DNA of 64,000 bases from the human T2T-CHM13v2.0 reference genome, Homo sapiens. The stretch lies in NCBI RefSeq assembly GCF_009914755.1, contig NC_060939.1. One strand, written 5' to 3'. How positions within the stretch are numbered: the stretch's first letter is position 1; each line of letters begins with the position of its first letter. A program made the translations under genes and the position numbers. The notes under the pieces were generated by a model, which was not told the origin of the DNA, did no database searches, and worked only from the letters and a program-made list of their open reading frames with translations. Below are positions 29,764 to 43,720 of this stretch, piece after piece.

Positions 29764-31320
29764 TGAGGACACTGACATCCCTAATTAGGGATTTCTCTGA
29801 TGTTTTCCTCATGATTTTACTGGATTTCTGGGTTTAAGGGAGGAAGAACACGGAAGGTAAGTGTTATTCTCATCATATCATGTCGAGGGTGCACACTATC
29901 AACATGCTTTATCACTGTTGATAGTAATTTTGTTCCCCTTGGCAAGCAGTTGTAGTCAGATTTTCCCACTGTAAAATTATTTTTCCCCTTTATTTTTACA
30001 TTTTTGAAAATAAGTTACTATACGTAGTACATATTAACAACTAGTATTCATGTTCCACTTCCTTATGAATGGAGTATCTTAAACAGTTGGGAATTCTTCA
30101 CCATGTACAATTTGTTGATTCTTCACTATTTATCACATATTAATTCAATAATGTATCCATACCATAGGGATTATATGAAATTATGAATATTTATTTTATG
30201 CTTTACTTACACTCATGTGTATTATTGCTCCCATGGATCCATTCTTAACCATTGGAAGGTCTTTCAGTTGACTACTGTATCATTTAAAATTGCCAACATC
30301 ATTTTGGTTTTAGTTTGTTTGGTTGATTGTGCTGCAGTTTCACGTTTTCCTACTTTCAGGCTGTGGAAGGTACTCCAGGTAAAATTTTGATCACTCCCTG
30401 ACAAAGCCTAGTATCCACCATTTCTTCAAAGCATCCTAGTTTATTTCATTGGAAAGTGGAATTAGAAATGATCTGCCCACCAAGCGTACTCATTGCTACT
30501 GGAGTGTCTGTAGATTCAAAGCCTTGTCAGCTGACACAAAAAAGAAATGTACATGTGTATACAAACCTGCCTATATAAACACCTGTGTAAATATTTCTAC
30601 ATTTTCCCATATATATCTACATAAACATGAATTCCTACTGATAATCTCCATCACCACATGATTTCATCCTGCAACACATGAATGTCTCTACCCATTCCCA
30701 CTACTTATGTGTAATCTCCTACTCTAGAGAAAGTTGGCTTCCTTTATGTAATAATCGAGTCCCATAATACATGCACGATGGCTTCAGCATTGTTAATCCA
30801 TACTCCCATAGGAAACAACATTACCAATTAAAATACACTGCTCATAGACAACTCCTTTGGCCATTAGACTCAGAATCTCCACTTATTTCCTAAGTTGCTT
30901 AGATCAGCTCCTTTTTCCCCCATTCCGTCAATGGGATTATTTTCATACATTTGTAATGCATTTTTCTTATCTTGCCTGCATTTCTTCATGGGATTCCCCC
31001 AACCTAAAAATAAGGTTTTTTTTTTTAATTTTCATATATTTAGGTTCACTCTTTGACTTATAAAATTCTGTAGGGTTTCAAAAACAGTATGATGCGTGCA
31101 GCGTTACAGGATCATGCAGAATGTCTTCACTGCTCTAAAAATATTCCATGTACTTCACCTATTGAGCCTTCTTCCCGCTTAGAAAGTTCCTAGTAAGCAC
31201 TAATCCGTTTACTATCTCCATTGTTTTATCCTTTCCAGAGTATCATATTAACGGAGTTACATGCTCTGCAATCTTTTCAAAGTGGCTTCCTTCACTTTAA
31301 AATATGCTTTAATTTTGTAA

Positions 31321-31628
<308 letters not shown>

Positions 31629-32264
31629 TAAAGTGTATCTTATGGTGACTTTTTCCCTAAGAACTAATGGCATTAATCAACTTTTCAGGTGTTCATTGGG
31701 CATGTGTATTGCTTATTTAGAGAAATGTTTATCCAAACAGTATACCCATTTTTAATTTGGAATACCCTTTGTTTGGAATTGTGAGAATCACTTCTATATT
31801 CTGTACAGTGGACACTGAGCTATATAACTTGCAAATATTTTTTCCCATTCTTTCAGTTGTCTTTCAACTTTTTGATAGTGTTTGTTGAATCACAACTTTT
31901 AACTGTGATGAAGACAAACATGTTTTTTCTGTCACTTTTTTTGATGGTAACATCAAAAATGGTATCTTAGAAACCACTGTTTAACCTTAGCCATAAAAAC
32001 ATATTTCCGTGCTATCTTCTACAGGTTTTGTAGTTTTAGAGCCTGCGTTTAGGTGTGTGATATATTTTCAGTAAGTCACGTATATGTCATGAGGGAGGAG
32101 TCCAATTTAAATGTGGACATTAGCTTGTCCCTGCAAAATTTGTTGAAAAAAATATTTTTCACCAATTAATTGCCTTGGCAAGTTGTAAAATCATTGACGA
32201 TAAATGTCAGGATTAATTTTTCAACATTTCTATTCTATTTCATTGATCTATATGGCATTCCTTA

Positions 32265-34054
32265 TGCCACAGGATTCTTGCCGTGTCACTTCACCAGCCG
32301 GAAACCTGTGGCCAGCAGCACCTTATTCCTGAGTATTGCTTGCTCCTGCTGGATTCATTCCTCCCACTTGGCCCAACAGGCTGAGCTCAGATAGTTCTAC
32401 CAGCCCAAATCCCAAACCTGGCAAGGGTGAGCCAGGCACAGAGTGGTGAGAAGTGTGTGCGTGAGCAAGTACAGAGTCCGGCCATTGTGCACAGCCAAAC
32501 ATGCTGACTGCTGCACAGAGACAGGCAGCTCCTGGCACCAGCACAGGCGCCAGCTCTATGCAAGGATGTGGCTGGACCAAAGGTACTACATGCAGCTTCT
32601 GCTGTGAGCACCTGCATCTGGATTAGGGGAAAGTGGTCGCACCTGCAATGAATGAGGTACACAGACAATGGGAGGGTGACCAAGGTGGAGAGGAGCGTAA
32701 TTGAGCAGCAGAGCTGTTCCTAGAATATGACCTGCAGTGGGCAGCACTTTTCGGCAGGCAAGTCATCCCCACATTTCTTATAGTCTTCCTGAGTCCAGAG
32801 TATGCGCCCAGAAAGGTGAAAGTGCATGCTGATTGGAACCGAGAAGTCCATGGGCAAGCTCAGACAAATAAGCATTAAGTTCTCCCACCTGGCTGCGTAC
32901 TCCACCCACAACTGGCAACCTGCACTCCACGTTTCAGGTCATCCCTGGCTTTAAAGTGCAGTTTCATAAACGACCCCACTTATCCCTGGCTTGAATGTTA
33001 GGTTTCCCTAGGAACCGTTTTCACTCCCAGCACCCATCTGCCTCCCCCCCTCAACACACCCTCAACAACGCCCCTGTGGTTCCTGCCAAGCTCCCTTCAA
33101 CATCCCCGCCCCAAGCTTCCCTTCCTGAGCTCCTTGGTGCCCAAAGTTTCAAAGTGGGCTAAAGCAGCAAAAGGGGACGGTGTGACAGAGCCACCCCAAG
33201 CACACACATACATCTGGCCAGGTTGTGATATGTCCAGAGTCAGTTCCTTCCAGTAGGTTCGCAGTCTTGCTGACTTCAAGAATTAAGTCAGGGACCTTTG
33301 CAGTGAGTGTTACAGCTCTTAAAGGCAGCACAGACCCAAAGAGTGAGCAGCAGCAAAACTTATTGTTAACAGCAAAAGAACAAAGCTTCCAGTACACAGG
33401 TCCCAGCGAGTTGCAGCTGTGGGCTGGGAGGGGGTGGTGGCCAGCTTTTATTCCCTTATTAGTCCCCGCCCATATCCTGCTGATTGGTCCATTTTACAGA
33501 GTGCTGATTGGTCCATTTTACAGAGCGCTGATTGGTCCATTTTACAGAATGCTGATTGGTCCATTTTACAAACCTCCAGCTAACTACGGAGTGCTGATTG
33601 GTGCATTTTACAATCCTCTCGTAAGACAGAAAACTCCAAGTCCCCACCCGACCCAGAAGTCCAGCTGGCTTCACCTCTCAGTGATAGCTCCTGGGCTTGG
33701 CTTCAACTTTGTTCCGAAATCAGAGCTGGTGCCAGGAGTGGGGAGAAGCAGGCGCAGGCACTTCTGAGCTTGTTGAGTCAGGAGAGCTTCACAGACACTT
33801 GAGAGTGCAGGGGTGCCCTTATTTAGAGAAATGCTTATCCAAACAATATACCCATTTTTAATTTGGTTATTTGACTTTTTGTCAAAAAGTTCAGAGCTGC
33901 AGCTGGGTGGCTGCAGCTGCACCTGGGAGCACAGGGTTCCCACCCTGCCAACTTGGTAGGGTGCGGGGTTTCTGCCAGCTCCGTGGAGCATGCAGCCCCA
34001 GCGGCACCTCCCCACCGGCAGCTGGCTTCCCCACAGTGGCAGCCAATGCCATCA
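32265..34054 (-). mobile_element. MER52/LTR1-type ERV1 solo LTR, interrupted by an LTR12-family element
   Basis: 'gccggaaacctgtggccag', 'gaatgaggtacacagacaatgggagggtga', terminal 'gccatca'; flanks ctta/ccta rejoin the host L1. Confidence 0.75.
33231..33680 (-). mobile_element. LTR12-family (LTR12F-like, ERV9) solo LTR with tandem CCAAT repeats
   Basis: Ends in 'gctggcttcacctctca'; five 'gctgattggt' units ~33479-33602; flanking duplication gtgata. Confidence 0.85.
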
Positions 34055-35532
34055 CCTATACTAGTACCAAAATCCCTTGATTACTACCAGTTTGTCACTT
34101 TGCATTAGGTATTGAAATCTGATAATCCAACTTTTTTTTTTTTCAAGATTATTTTGGCTGTTCTGGATCTCATGGATTTTTATTTAAATTTTAGAAACAG
34201 CTTGCCAGTTACTAAGTTACTACAGAAACACACACACACAGAGAGAGAGATTTCCCTATCACAACCACAGCACTCTGCTGAGCAGCAGCAGAGGTTCCAG
34301 GAGCCGTGCCTACAGCACTTACAAAGCCGTGGAGCTGCAAACTGCTCTCTCGTAGACATCCACACAGCCAAGACTCTTCTTTTATGGTCTGTAATCATGG
34401 AGTATATTTTCTCTACCTGGTTCAAAGCTTCCATGAGAGAACGGCTCCTGGGATCTTGAGATCTGGGGTGACAGATACAGCTGACCTGGACCGTGTTTCT
34501 CACTTCTGTCATCAGAGTAGCATATTCTTGGGTACTTTTTAGTTTGACTTTTGTAAGCCAAGAAAGCTTCTCACTTCTCCAAGCTCACATTTCACTCCTT
34601 CAGGAAAAACAAACTCATTTAAATTCCTCATCTTCCAGAAAAATAATAATAAAGGGAAGAGTAATTGTAATAAACAAGCCATAGATGAGGACAAGGAGGG
34701 ACCCATCTCAAATGACAAGACAGTCGATGAGCTCCAAGTGCTCACTGTAGGAGAGGACTGTTGATACATAGATGACTGTGCTAACATGATGTCACAGGCA
34801 CAGAGGACACAGTGCTGAGCACCGAGTCCCTAAACGTTGCTCTGTAATAGCATAGAAGATATTATTTTCTACAATTTACTAAACCATCAGATTTCACAAA
34901 CACTTGACCTTGCCATCAGAAGTCTTGAAAGATGACATTGCCAATGTTCCAAAGTCTTGAACCACATTAGGCAAGAATCCACCACCCTGTCTTCACAGTG
35001 CAGCTTAAACAGAAGATAAATTCCAGTGGATGGATGGCTCATACATTGAGCTCAGGGCTTCTTGTCCATTTAATTGTGCCTTCCTGGAGACAGAAAATCT
35101 AGGTGTAAATTCATTCAACATCCTTAATCATAAGTTGTATGTGTTTTTCCCTCACCCAATGTGTACAATAGGGGACACCAAAACCCATTTCAATATCAGT
35201 ATCCAAAAGCAGAGTTGACCAGAGTAACAAGGAAGCAGAGCAAAATATTTTATGAAAACCGTAACGAATCTTATTCTGCAGTGACTTATCATGAAGTGAT
35301 TTGTATAATCACCATCCACATGGTTAGAAAGATCAGTGGTAGAGAAGAAGAGAGATAGATATACAAAGATTAAGGATTAAAGAATTGAGGGTGGAATGTA
35401 GCTTACAGGGAGCATTGCTCATATTTCTATGGCAGAAATTCTCAAGACACACCTTTTTCCAAGTCTTTAGAGTGCTACTGCTGCAGCGCAAACTTCAAGT
35501 AAATTTTGAATTTATATCTCCTTCTCAATTGA

Positions 35533-35703
35533 TTTCTTTTCTTTTCTTTTCTTTTTGAGTCAGGGTCTCACTCTGTCACCCAGGCTGGAATTCAGTGGCA
35601 CAATTACAGTTCACTGCAGCCTTGACTTCCCGAGCTCAGGTGACCTTACCTCCTCAGCCTCCCAAGTAGTTGGGACCGCAGATGCATGCCACTGCACCCA
35701 GCC
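35533..35703 (-). mobile_element. Free Alu monomer (FRAM/FAM-like)
   Basis: Single right-arm-like monomer with T-rich tail. Confidence 0.8.
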
Positions 35704-35939
35704 AGTTCCTCGATGGGTTTCTTAAGCCACAGTTTACAAAATTACCTCTTCACACTTAAAATAGGAATTCCAGTAGTCCACTAGTAAGTCTAATATCTAT
35801 AATAGGTAGGTAGAAGAAAAATGGAGTTGGTCAACTTACATGAAAATATGCTTAAGCTTATTTCATCAATAACCAATCAGAATATAGCTGAAGAGTCACC
35901 CTGATTTAACACTGATAAATGGATGGTCACAGTGGGAAA

Positions 35940-36675
35940 AGGTGTATTCCATTAATGTTAAAGTGCACACTTCCACATTTTTCAAAGGGTTGTGTTTTAA
36001 TATGGGTATTGTAAGAAAATGACTGGCCAGACAGCATGATACGGTTGCCATCTTGTGCACAGGCATGAAGTTGGTCTAGAAACCTATTATTGTCACCCTC
36101 TGATAATATCATTATCATCAAAACTTTTAGAGTAGCTGTCAGTAGGTTACAAATATAATCTCACAGAGGATAATACAGAACTCTCTAAAGATATGAGGCA
36201 AAGCCAAAGCTTATGATAAGCACAGGTGATGATAATTTGAGGAAAGTCATGAAAACGGTGAGTTGAGAAGTGATTCAGAAGAGTTTGATCTCATGAGAGC
36301 TATTTTAGGATTATCTCTGTTAATGTATCCTGTTTTAATTTTTCATCTCATGTACTCATAGGAGTGATATAAGATAAATAACATGTTGAATTCACTTCCT
36401 GTGTATATATTCCCAGAAGTGGAATAGCTGGATAATATGGTAGTTCTATTTTTAGTTTTTTGAAACCTTCATTTTTTTTTCCACAATGGCTGTACTAATT
36501 TGCATTCCCACCCACAGGGATTCCCTTTTCCACATTTATTTAAGTTCAATAAAATTGTAATCAATAATAATATAAAAATTCTAAGTGATAATAAATATTT
36601 GTGTCACAGTTTTTCAGTGGTTTTATTTTTTGTGGCAAAAAAATAATGGTGCATTTTACCAATGATGCATCTTGT
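35940..36675 (+). mobile_element. Kanga1-family relic (U2 copy) with a nested L1 fragment ~36388-36532
   Basis: 'aagtgattcagaagagtttga' and 'aaaataatggtgcattttaccaatgatgcatctt'. Confidence 0.6.
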
Positions 36676-37052
36676 AATTACTTAGGAAAAGCTGTCAGTA
36701 TTAGCAAATTCTAATTTAGTTGTTAGTATAGACCTGCATTAGTCTATGTGCTCTATGTATTACTAGTTCCTTTAAACCTCACAACATCCCAAGAGGTAGG
36801 CAATATTATCACTTCCATGCTCCAGTTCTGAATCTTAGCTAAAGCACTTCAGTAAAAAATAGGAGATGCTGGAGCTTGACTGGGTCTGTCTCCAGAGTCC
36901 TTGCTCACATTAGCTATGTTACGATATATTTTGTGATAAGAACCTTCTAGATCTAGTTTCAGAAATCTTATATACCCCATGGTCATGAAGCTATTCTCCT
37001 AAATTAGGTCCTAAATACCGTACTAATTTTTTTTAAAAAAATATCTAGGTCC

Positions 37053-37338
<286 letters not shown>

Positions 37339-37899
37339 ATATCTAGGTCAGTGATCCATCTGGAATTGATTAATTTTGAAATGTGAGATCAAATGTCTAT
37401 TTTATTTTCTCCTACGGATATTTAATTTTTTGGAACATATATTGAAAAATCAATATTCCCTATTTATCTTTCTTTACACTATTTTTCTTACATATTCTTT
37501 TGTCCTTTTTTGAGCTTTCTTTTTTCATTTGTTTATTTCTGTATTTTTCTGCGAATACTAAAGTAACTCAGTTACTGAGAGACTTCATTTTACACAAGAA
37601 TTTTCCCTCCAGAGTCCATTCTCTTCATCACTGTGCTGTTCTAGAATGAAGAAATGAAAGAGTAGGATCCTGCATTCCTTGCACCCCAACCAAAAATACC
37701 AGGTGTACTTTGTTTTGTTTTGTTTTGTTTCAATAGAGTTTAAGACTTCAGAACATGACTGTTGACACTAATGTCTCTAACGTCTTTGTGACTCTCAGAC
37801 AACCCCAACCAACTTCACTACCACTTTATTTTTCAGTAACAAATCAGTGAATTTTATGTGATTTTGTGCCTTCTCTTCCACCACTCTGGGCTTTCTCTA

Positions 37900-38170
37900 T
37901 CCTTAGAAACATTGGCAGGAGCTTGGAGAGTCATCCCTGGGTGCATCCCGCTCATGTGGATGAGCCTCAGTGGACTTGGTCTTACTCCTCTGGACCATGA
38001 CCCATCAAAGTCCTGGCTGTGGCAGGCAAAGCTGAGCTGAGGGCTCTCTGTGAGGCCTGCATGGGCAAAACCAGCTGCTCCCAACACTCCCTAAGTGATC
38101 TGTTTGGGTATTCATTCTGTTTTTAATAAAGAATGAGTTTGTTCAACAATGACTGAGCTTGCTGACCAAG
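37900..38170. promoter_or_regulatory. CpG-depleted paralog of the 54.2 kb promoter-like element
   Basis: Shares 'gtcatccctgggtgc', 'agctgagct' and 'cagctgc' with 54215-54375 but keeps only one CpG. Confidence 0.45.
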
Positions 38171-39452
38171 GATAATTACCCTTCAGACCTTGTCTGATAA
38201 TGTTTGTTCTTGCTTTTGCTTTGGCACACAGTTTTCAACACTTTGTATTAATTTTTATTTGTTTTGGTCACATAACAATTTCTGCAACCAAATTCATATT
38301 TTTGTCTTGTGTATTAATTTCATTATTGTATTTAATAATGCACTTATACCCATTTTTCATAAAACCTTTTCAATTATTTTCATCTTTTCAGTCATAAAAT
38401 TTTCCTAAATAGAATAGGAATATGACTTTTATTGGGAAAAGCAGATGCTACACACCCTTTTTCCGTGTTTTCCAGGAATTTCCACTGAAGTACCTCTGGT
38501 TGAAAAGGAGAACAGAGACTTTTTTCACAGCCACAGGACAAAATTTGTTCAGAATTAAATGCTGAAAAAGGAGGTATGATTGTTTTCATTATATGGCTTA
38601 GTTTGTTATAATTGTGGAAGATGCACAAGGCATTAGTTTATACAGGCAGAATACTGAATCTTCAATTCTGAATGCAAAGAATAGCCATTTTGTCACTGAG
38701 CAAGCATAAATATCATACTGTTACTCTTTATCCAAAAGCTATAGACATGGCTGAAGTCTTTGATTCCTTCTAACTTGTTGTAAATGTATGCATGTAATTT
38801 CCTTGTACACATGGACCATAATATAAATATCTATAGTTTTCTTGCAATTCAGTGAGTTACTACTAAAACTGTTTACAGTTTTCAGTAAAATAATAAATGT
38901 AACTCAAGAAATCTGTAAATACATCTCCAGGAAGCACAAATTCTTGTAGAAAGGGAATTGCCATCTTTACTTATTTTTTTTTTTGGTCATCTCCTAGCAA
39001 AATATTTTTAAAGGTTTTCATGCTTATGAGTTTTTTAGATTTTTGTTTGCATTGGCTCAGTCAATAATTTTCCCATCCTTCGATTATTTAACTGGTCTGA
39101 TGTTTATTATTTTAGGCTAAACTTTTGACACTCTTCTGATATAATTTGTATGTGAATAGATTTGCTGAGTGTCCTGGATAGTGAAGATGGGATTCCTTGA
39201 CATGCATTAAGTAGGAATTTTCCCACCGGTAACCAATAAGAAACACAAAAGTAAGAAGAGGACAGAAACAGTTCAGGACTCTAACAATTAAGAATAGGTT
39301 TCCTTAATTTAAAGTTTACAACATGGAGGGCACTAATGACAGCAAATTCCTTTCACTAGTGAAAGGAAAACATTCACTAGTGAAAGGACCATTCCCACAA
39401 GGTAGATCTCAGACTCAGTAGCATCTATTTGCTATGCAAGTAAAAAAATTCT

Positions 39453-41436
39453 GTAGTTGAATTCAAGATGGCTGACTAGACGCGCCAGGAGAAACTTCTG
39501 CCTCTGAGAGATAAGCACGTCAGGAATACTGGCACACTCTGAGCAGATCTTCAGAGAGAAGGCATTGAGAGTGAACAGAGGGAGAATACAGATGCTGGGC
39601 TGAAGGGAAAGGAAGCTGGAAATCTCACACAGGGCTGCCATGCCCTGGGACTCTTTTCTGACTCCCAATAACTCAACTCTTGGGGAAGGGGTGAGTTGAA
39701 CAGGAACGGAGCAAGGCACTTTCACCATGGGCCTCTGGAATCCTGGCAGCTGGAGACCCCACGACCCCCTTGGACACTGGAGCTAGCAGAGAAAGCGTCT
39801 TAGAGAGGTCGGAGGGGCAGGACTCCAGCCTGTGTGGAGCCCAGAGGCTTTGATGAGGGAATGTCTGCAGTGGAGCATGGCCAGGGATGCCAGTCCCCGA
39901 AGCCTCACCATGCAGCTCTAGGAAACTTTAGCCTTAAGGAGACTGTCGGACCTGGATGGAGCAGGGTGGTCTTGCTCATGAGGCAGGGCCAGTCTGATCT
40001 GGACTCCCTCTTTGTCTGCTGGCCTCCCCCAGGTCCCCAGGCTGGCCATGCCCACTTGCAGTGCAGCCTCAGATGCCCAACTGGGGTGCTTCCTGGGAGC
40101 CTGATCCTTCATCAGCAGACCATGCCTGTTAGAGAGCTCCAGCAGAGCGGCCCCCACCAATGCATGCCAGCCCACCAGCACTCTCCCTCTACTGCAGCCT
40201 CCCTCATGCCACTTTGACAGGGCTCAATTGCCCATGGCCACAGCCCTGCTGCTTTGTGGGCATGTGCACACAGACCTCACCTCCCCTACCTATCCAGTAT
40301 GCGTGTGCAGGTGCAACCCACTGTGCAAATTTTGCCAGTGTAAGTGGAGCTGAATCCACCATCCCTTACGCCACACTGCCATTGCAGACCCAAATGGGCA
40401 CATGGAGACCAGCAACCCCATCCCCTCTGTGCCAACATTGCCACCATTGTGAACACACATATGAATGCCAAGGCCTGGTGCCTCTCTCTGTGCCACCACT
40501 AGCATGAACACATGTACAGATGCCAAAAACTGCCACCACTGCAAACACACGCTCAGAGGCTGGCAGCCCTGTGCCTGCCAGCAGTGTGATATAGTGCCCC
40601 ACTTCTACTGGTGTGAGTGTGAGCAAGAACACTGAAACAGCACTCTGATGATACTGCACCCCAGCCAACATGAATGCACCCCAGCACACTGCCACTGCTG
40701 CTGGCATGTGCAAATGAACACATTCCACTGCCACCATCCCTAAAAGCGCTTTGGCTGGCACCACCTATTGAAATATTGTGGTTAGTGGTCCAGGAACACA
40801 TCAACCTCTCTGGCACAGCTGGTGTGAATGTAAATTACTTCAGCCAGCATGGAAAGCAGTTTGGTGATTTCTCAAAGAACTTAAAACAGAATTGCCATTC
40901 AGCTCAGCAATCCCATTATTTGTTATCTACCCAAAGGAATACAAATGTTTCTTCCATAAAGACACATGCACGCATATGTTTATCACAGCACTATTCACAG
41001 TAGCAAAGACATGGAATCAACCTAAATGCCCATCAACAGTAGACTGGATGAAGAAAATGTGCCACATATATACCATGGAATACTATGCAGCCATAAAAAA
41101 GAATGAGATCATGTCCTTTGCAGCAACATGGATGGAGCCAGAGGCCATTATCCCAAGCAGAGTAACACAGAAACAGAGAAACAAATACTGCATGTTCTCA
41201 CTTACAAGTGGGAGCCAAATATTGAGTGAAGATGGACACACAGAAAGAAACAACAGACATGAGTTCTTACCTGAGCGTGGAGGGTGGGAGGATGGTGATG
41301 ATCAAATAACTACCAATCATGTAGCATGCTTCTTACCTGAGTGACAAAATAGTCTGTACACAAAACACCTGTGACATGCAGTTTACCAATATAACAAACC
41401 TATACATGTACCCTTAAAATTAAAATACAGGTTTTT
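39453..41436 (+). mobile_element. Old primate L1 (L1PA15/16-like): 5' UTR joined directly to the ORF2 C-terminus and 3' UTR
   Basis: Starts with the YY1 site 'caagatggctgactaga'; ORF 40892-41344 translates as the ORF2p C-terminus (CTHMFITALFTVAKTWNQPKCPS); TSD-like aaaaaat(t/c)ct. Confidence 0.85.
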
Positions 41437-42071
41437 AAAAAATCCTCAATCTAATGGTCTAGAAACTATTGGGGAGGGGATTTGTTAAAGATTCCTGAAA
41501 TGTTAGCAACCAACAGACCAAGAACATTGACACTTTGTAGGTAGTTTTAGTTCAGATTAATAGATGCACATTTGTTTCACCTGGTAAGTCTGCAGTCAGG
41601 AGCTCTGGGAGTCAATGCTGTATGTTTCAAGATAATGTCAAGGCCAGATTTTGGTTAAAAAGAAAACCTAAATAAAAAGCCAAGCATTCATCTTCACTCT
41701 ATTTTTGTATTAGAACCTGACACCATTATTCATAATTTCACTGTATATGAAGAGCAACCCTATACTCCATACAAACAACATAGACTGTGGAATTATGTTG
41801 TGAAATGTAAAGAGAAGATGATTCCCAAATTTAAAGGAAACTGGAGGTGTTCTGGAGAAACAAATAGAGGTGGTTAACCTTACTGATTTCTTCTCTTGAT
41901 GATAATTGTTATTTGCACTGTAAGTAAAAACTTCTACTTGAATTACTCTACAATGCTGTAAATCTATCACTCACACATACAAAATACCATAGGAAAAAGG
42001 GGTAGTTCCACATGTGGTGGTGAAGCCTACTTAGGTGCATAATTTTCTTCATCTCTAAAGAGCGTCCGTTT

Positions 42072-42490
42072 GACGGGGTGTAGTGGCTCATGCCTGTAAT
42101 CCCAGCACTTTGTGAGGCTGAGGTGGCCAATCACTTGAGGTCAGGAGTTCAAGACCAGTCTAGTCAATGTGGTGAAACCCCATCTCTACCAAAAATATAA
42201 AAAATTTGCCAAGTGTGGTGGCTCACACCTGTAATCCCAGCACTTTGCGAGGCCAAGGAGGGCAGATCACAACGTCAGGAGTTCGAGACCAGCCTGACCA
42301 ATATGATGAAACCCTGTCTCTACTAAAAATACAAAAATTAGCTGGGCATAGTGGCACATGCCTGTAATCCCAGCCCTCAGGATACTGAGGCAGAAGAATC
42401 GCTTGAACCAAGGAGGTAGTGGTTGCAGTGAGCCGAGATTGCACCGCCGCACTCTAGCCTGGCCGACAGAGCTAGACTTCGTCTCAGAAA
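42072..42490 (+). mobile_element. Trimeric Alu (left monomer plus full Alu)
   Basis: Left arm ~42072-42207 runs into a complete AluS. Confidence 0.88.
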
Positions 42491-43249
42491 CAGAGAGTGC
42501 ATTCATCCCTGGGCTTCTTGCAAAATGGCCTTATCATATACAGGCCTCTGTTTTTGTTTTGGAGTTTGTTTGTTTGTTTGTTTGTTTTGCAGACAGGGAT
42601 AAATCAAAAGGATTGAAGGCCAGGTTCACTAAATGGCTTCTCCTGGTACTGGGTTTTCCTTCCGAACTGTTCCCATAGTTCTGTGACCATGTCTCCATAG
42701 AATAAGGGTGGCACGTGGCAAACCTAAATGCATGGAAGTGGGCATGTTTACTCTCTCCCCATACTTAGCACTGGATGTGGAGAATGGCTTGATGAAATTG
42801 GGTCAAAGTGTTCTTCCATAATCGCCGTTCCATCTTCTTAACTCAGAAAGTCAGCCAAGGTTATTGCCACGCCGTAGACTGAAAATCCCCTGGAAGCACA
42901 AAGCTGGAGCAATATGAGGGTTCACATCATGTTCAACATCTCTCAGCTATCACTGCTCTTCATCGTTTCATGTACAATGTCTTGCAAATCATTGTTTAAT
43001 ATACTGTGTTGATTTTTTTCTTTTTTGCATGTGGTGAGGCATATCAAATTTCTATTAGTGTTTCCATATCTTGATTCATTCCTCCTGCAATTGCTAAATT
43101 ATTACTGTACCTTCAAGTTGTCAATATTAAAGTGAGTAAGTAACAATGTAATTCAAACTCACAGAGAAAGACAGAAAAGTAAACAGGTATTTGGAACTCT
43201 AAAGAGAAGGGAAGAAATGGTCTACCCACACAGTGTCTGCCAAAGTCTC

Positions 43250-43720
43250 CACTGTATGTCAATAACTCAAAGACTTGAGGATCTAAAAGAAAGGATAATA
43301 TCTCTGACAATGAATCTATTATACACTTCTTAGCCTTATTTTATGACTACAACAAAACTCTCATATAATTATGCAGGCACAAGATTTATTCACATAAAGT
43401 GAAAGCAATATTGGAAGTAATATATAAATAATTCACAAATATCTTGATATTCTGAGTCTATATATTCTAAATCAAATATTGACCCAGAGTCATGGAAATC
43501 TTTATATCACCCTCTGTGTCATGAAGACTGATGGCAATAAAACATTTCTTCATAAAAGAGGCTGTACTATTCCCTGTGTAATTTCCATCTTTCCTGTTCA
43601 TACACATTCTACAAGTGTGGGTGCAGGTGATCCTACCTGAAGGTGACAGCAGATCAGATTTCAGGACTAGTTCATCCATGTATGGAAAATGAAAAGCATG
43701 TCATGGCTTCTACCAGATTA
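43250..43720 (-). mobile_element. Kanga1-family relic (uninterrupted U3 copy)
   Basis: 'ccctctgtgtcatgaagactgatggcaataaaacatttcttc...cctacctgaaggtgacagc'. Confidence 0.6.

Noticed and set aside
33225-33767. 180-aa ORF with LIGPFYR repeats
   Set aside because: Translation of the LTR12 CCAAT tandem repeats
34724-34820. Possible C/D-box snoRNA (tcgatga...ctga) repeated per unit
   Set aside because: The C box differs in every copy, the D box is mutated in U1, and there is no terminal stem
40892-41344. 150-aa ORF
   Set aside because: C-terminal fragment of L1 ORF2p running into the L1 3' UTR; not a host gene
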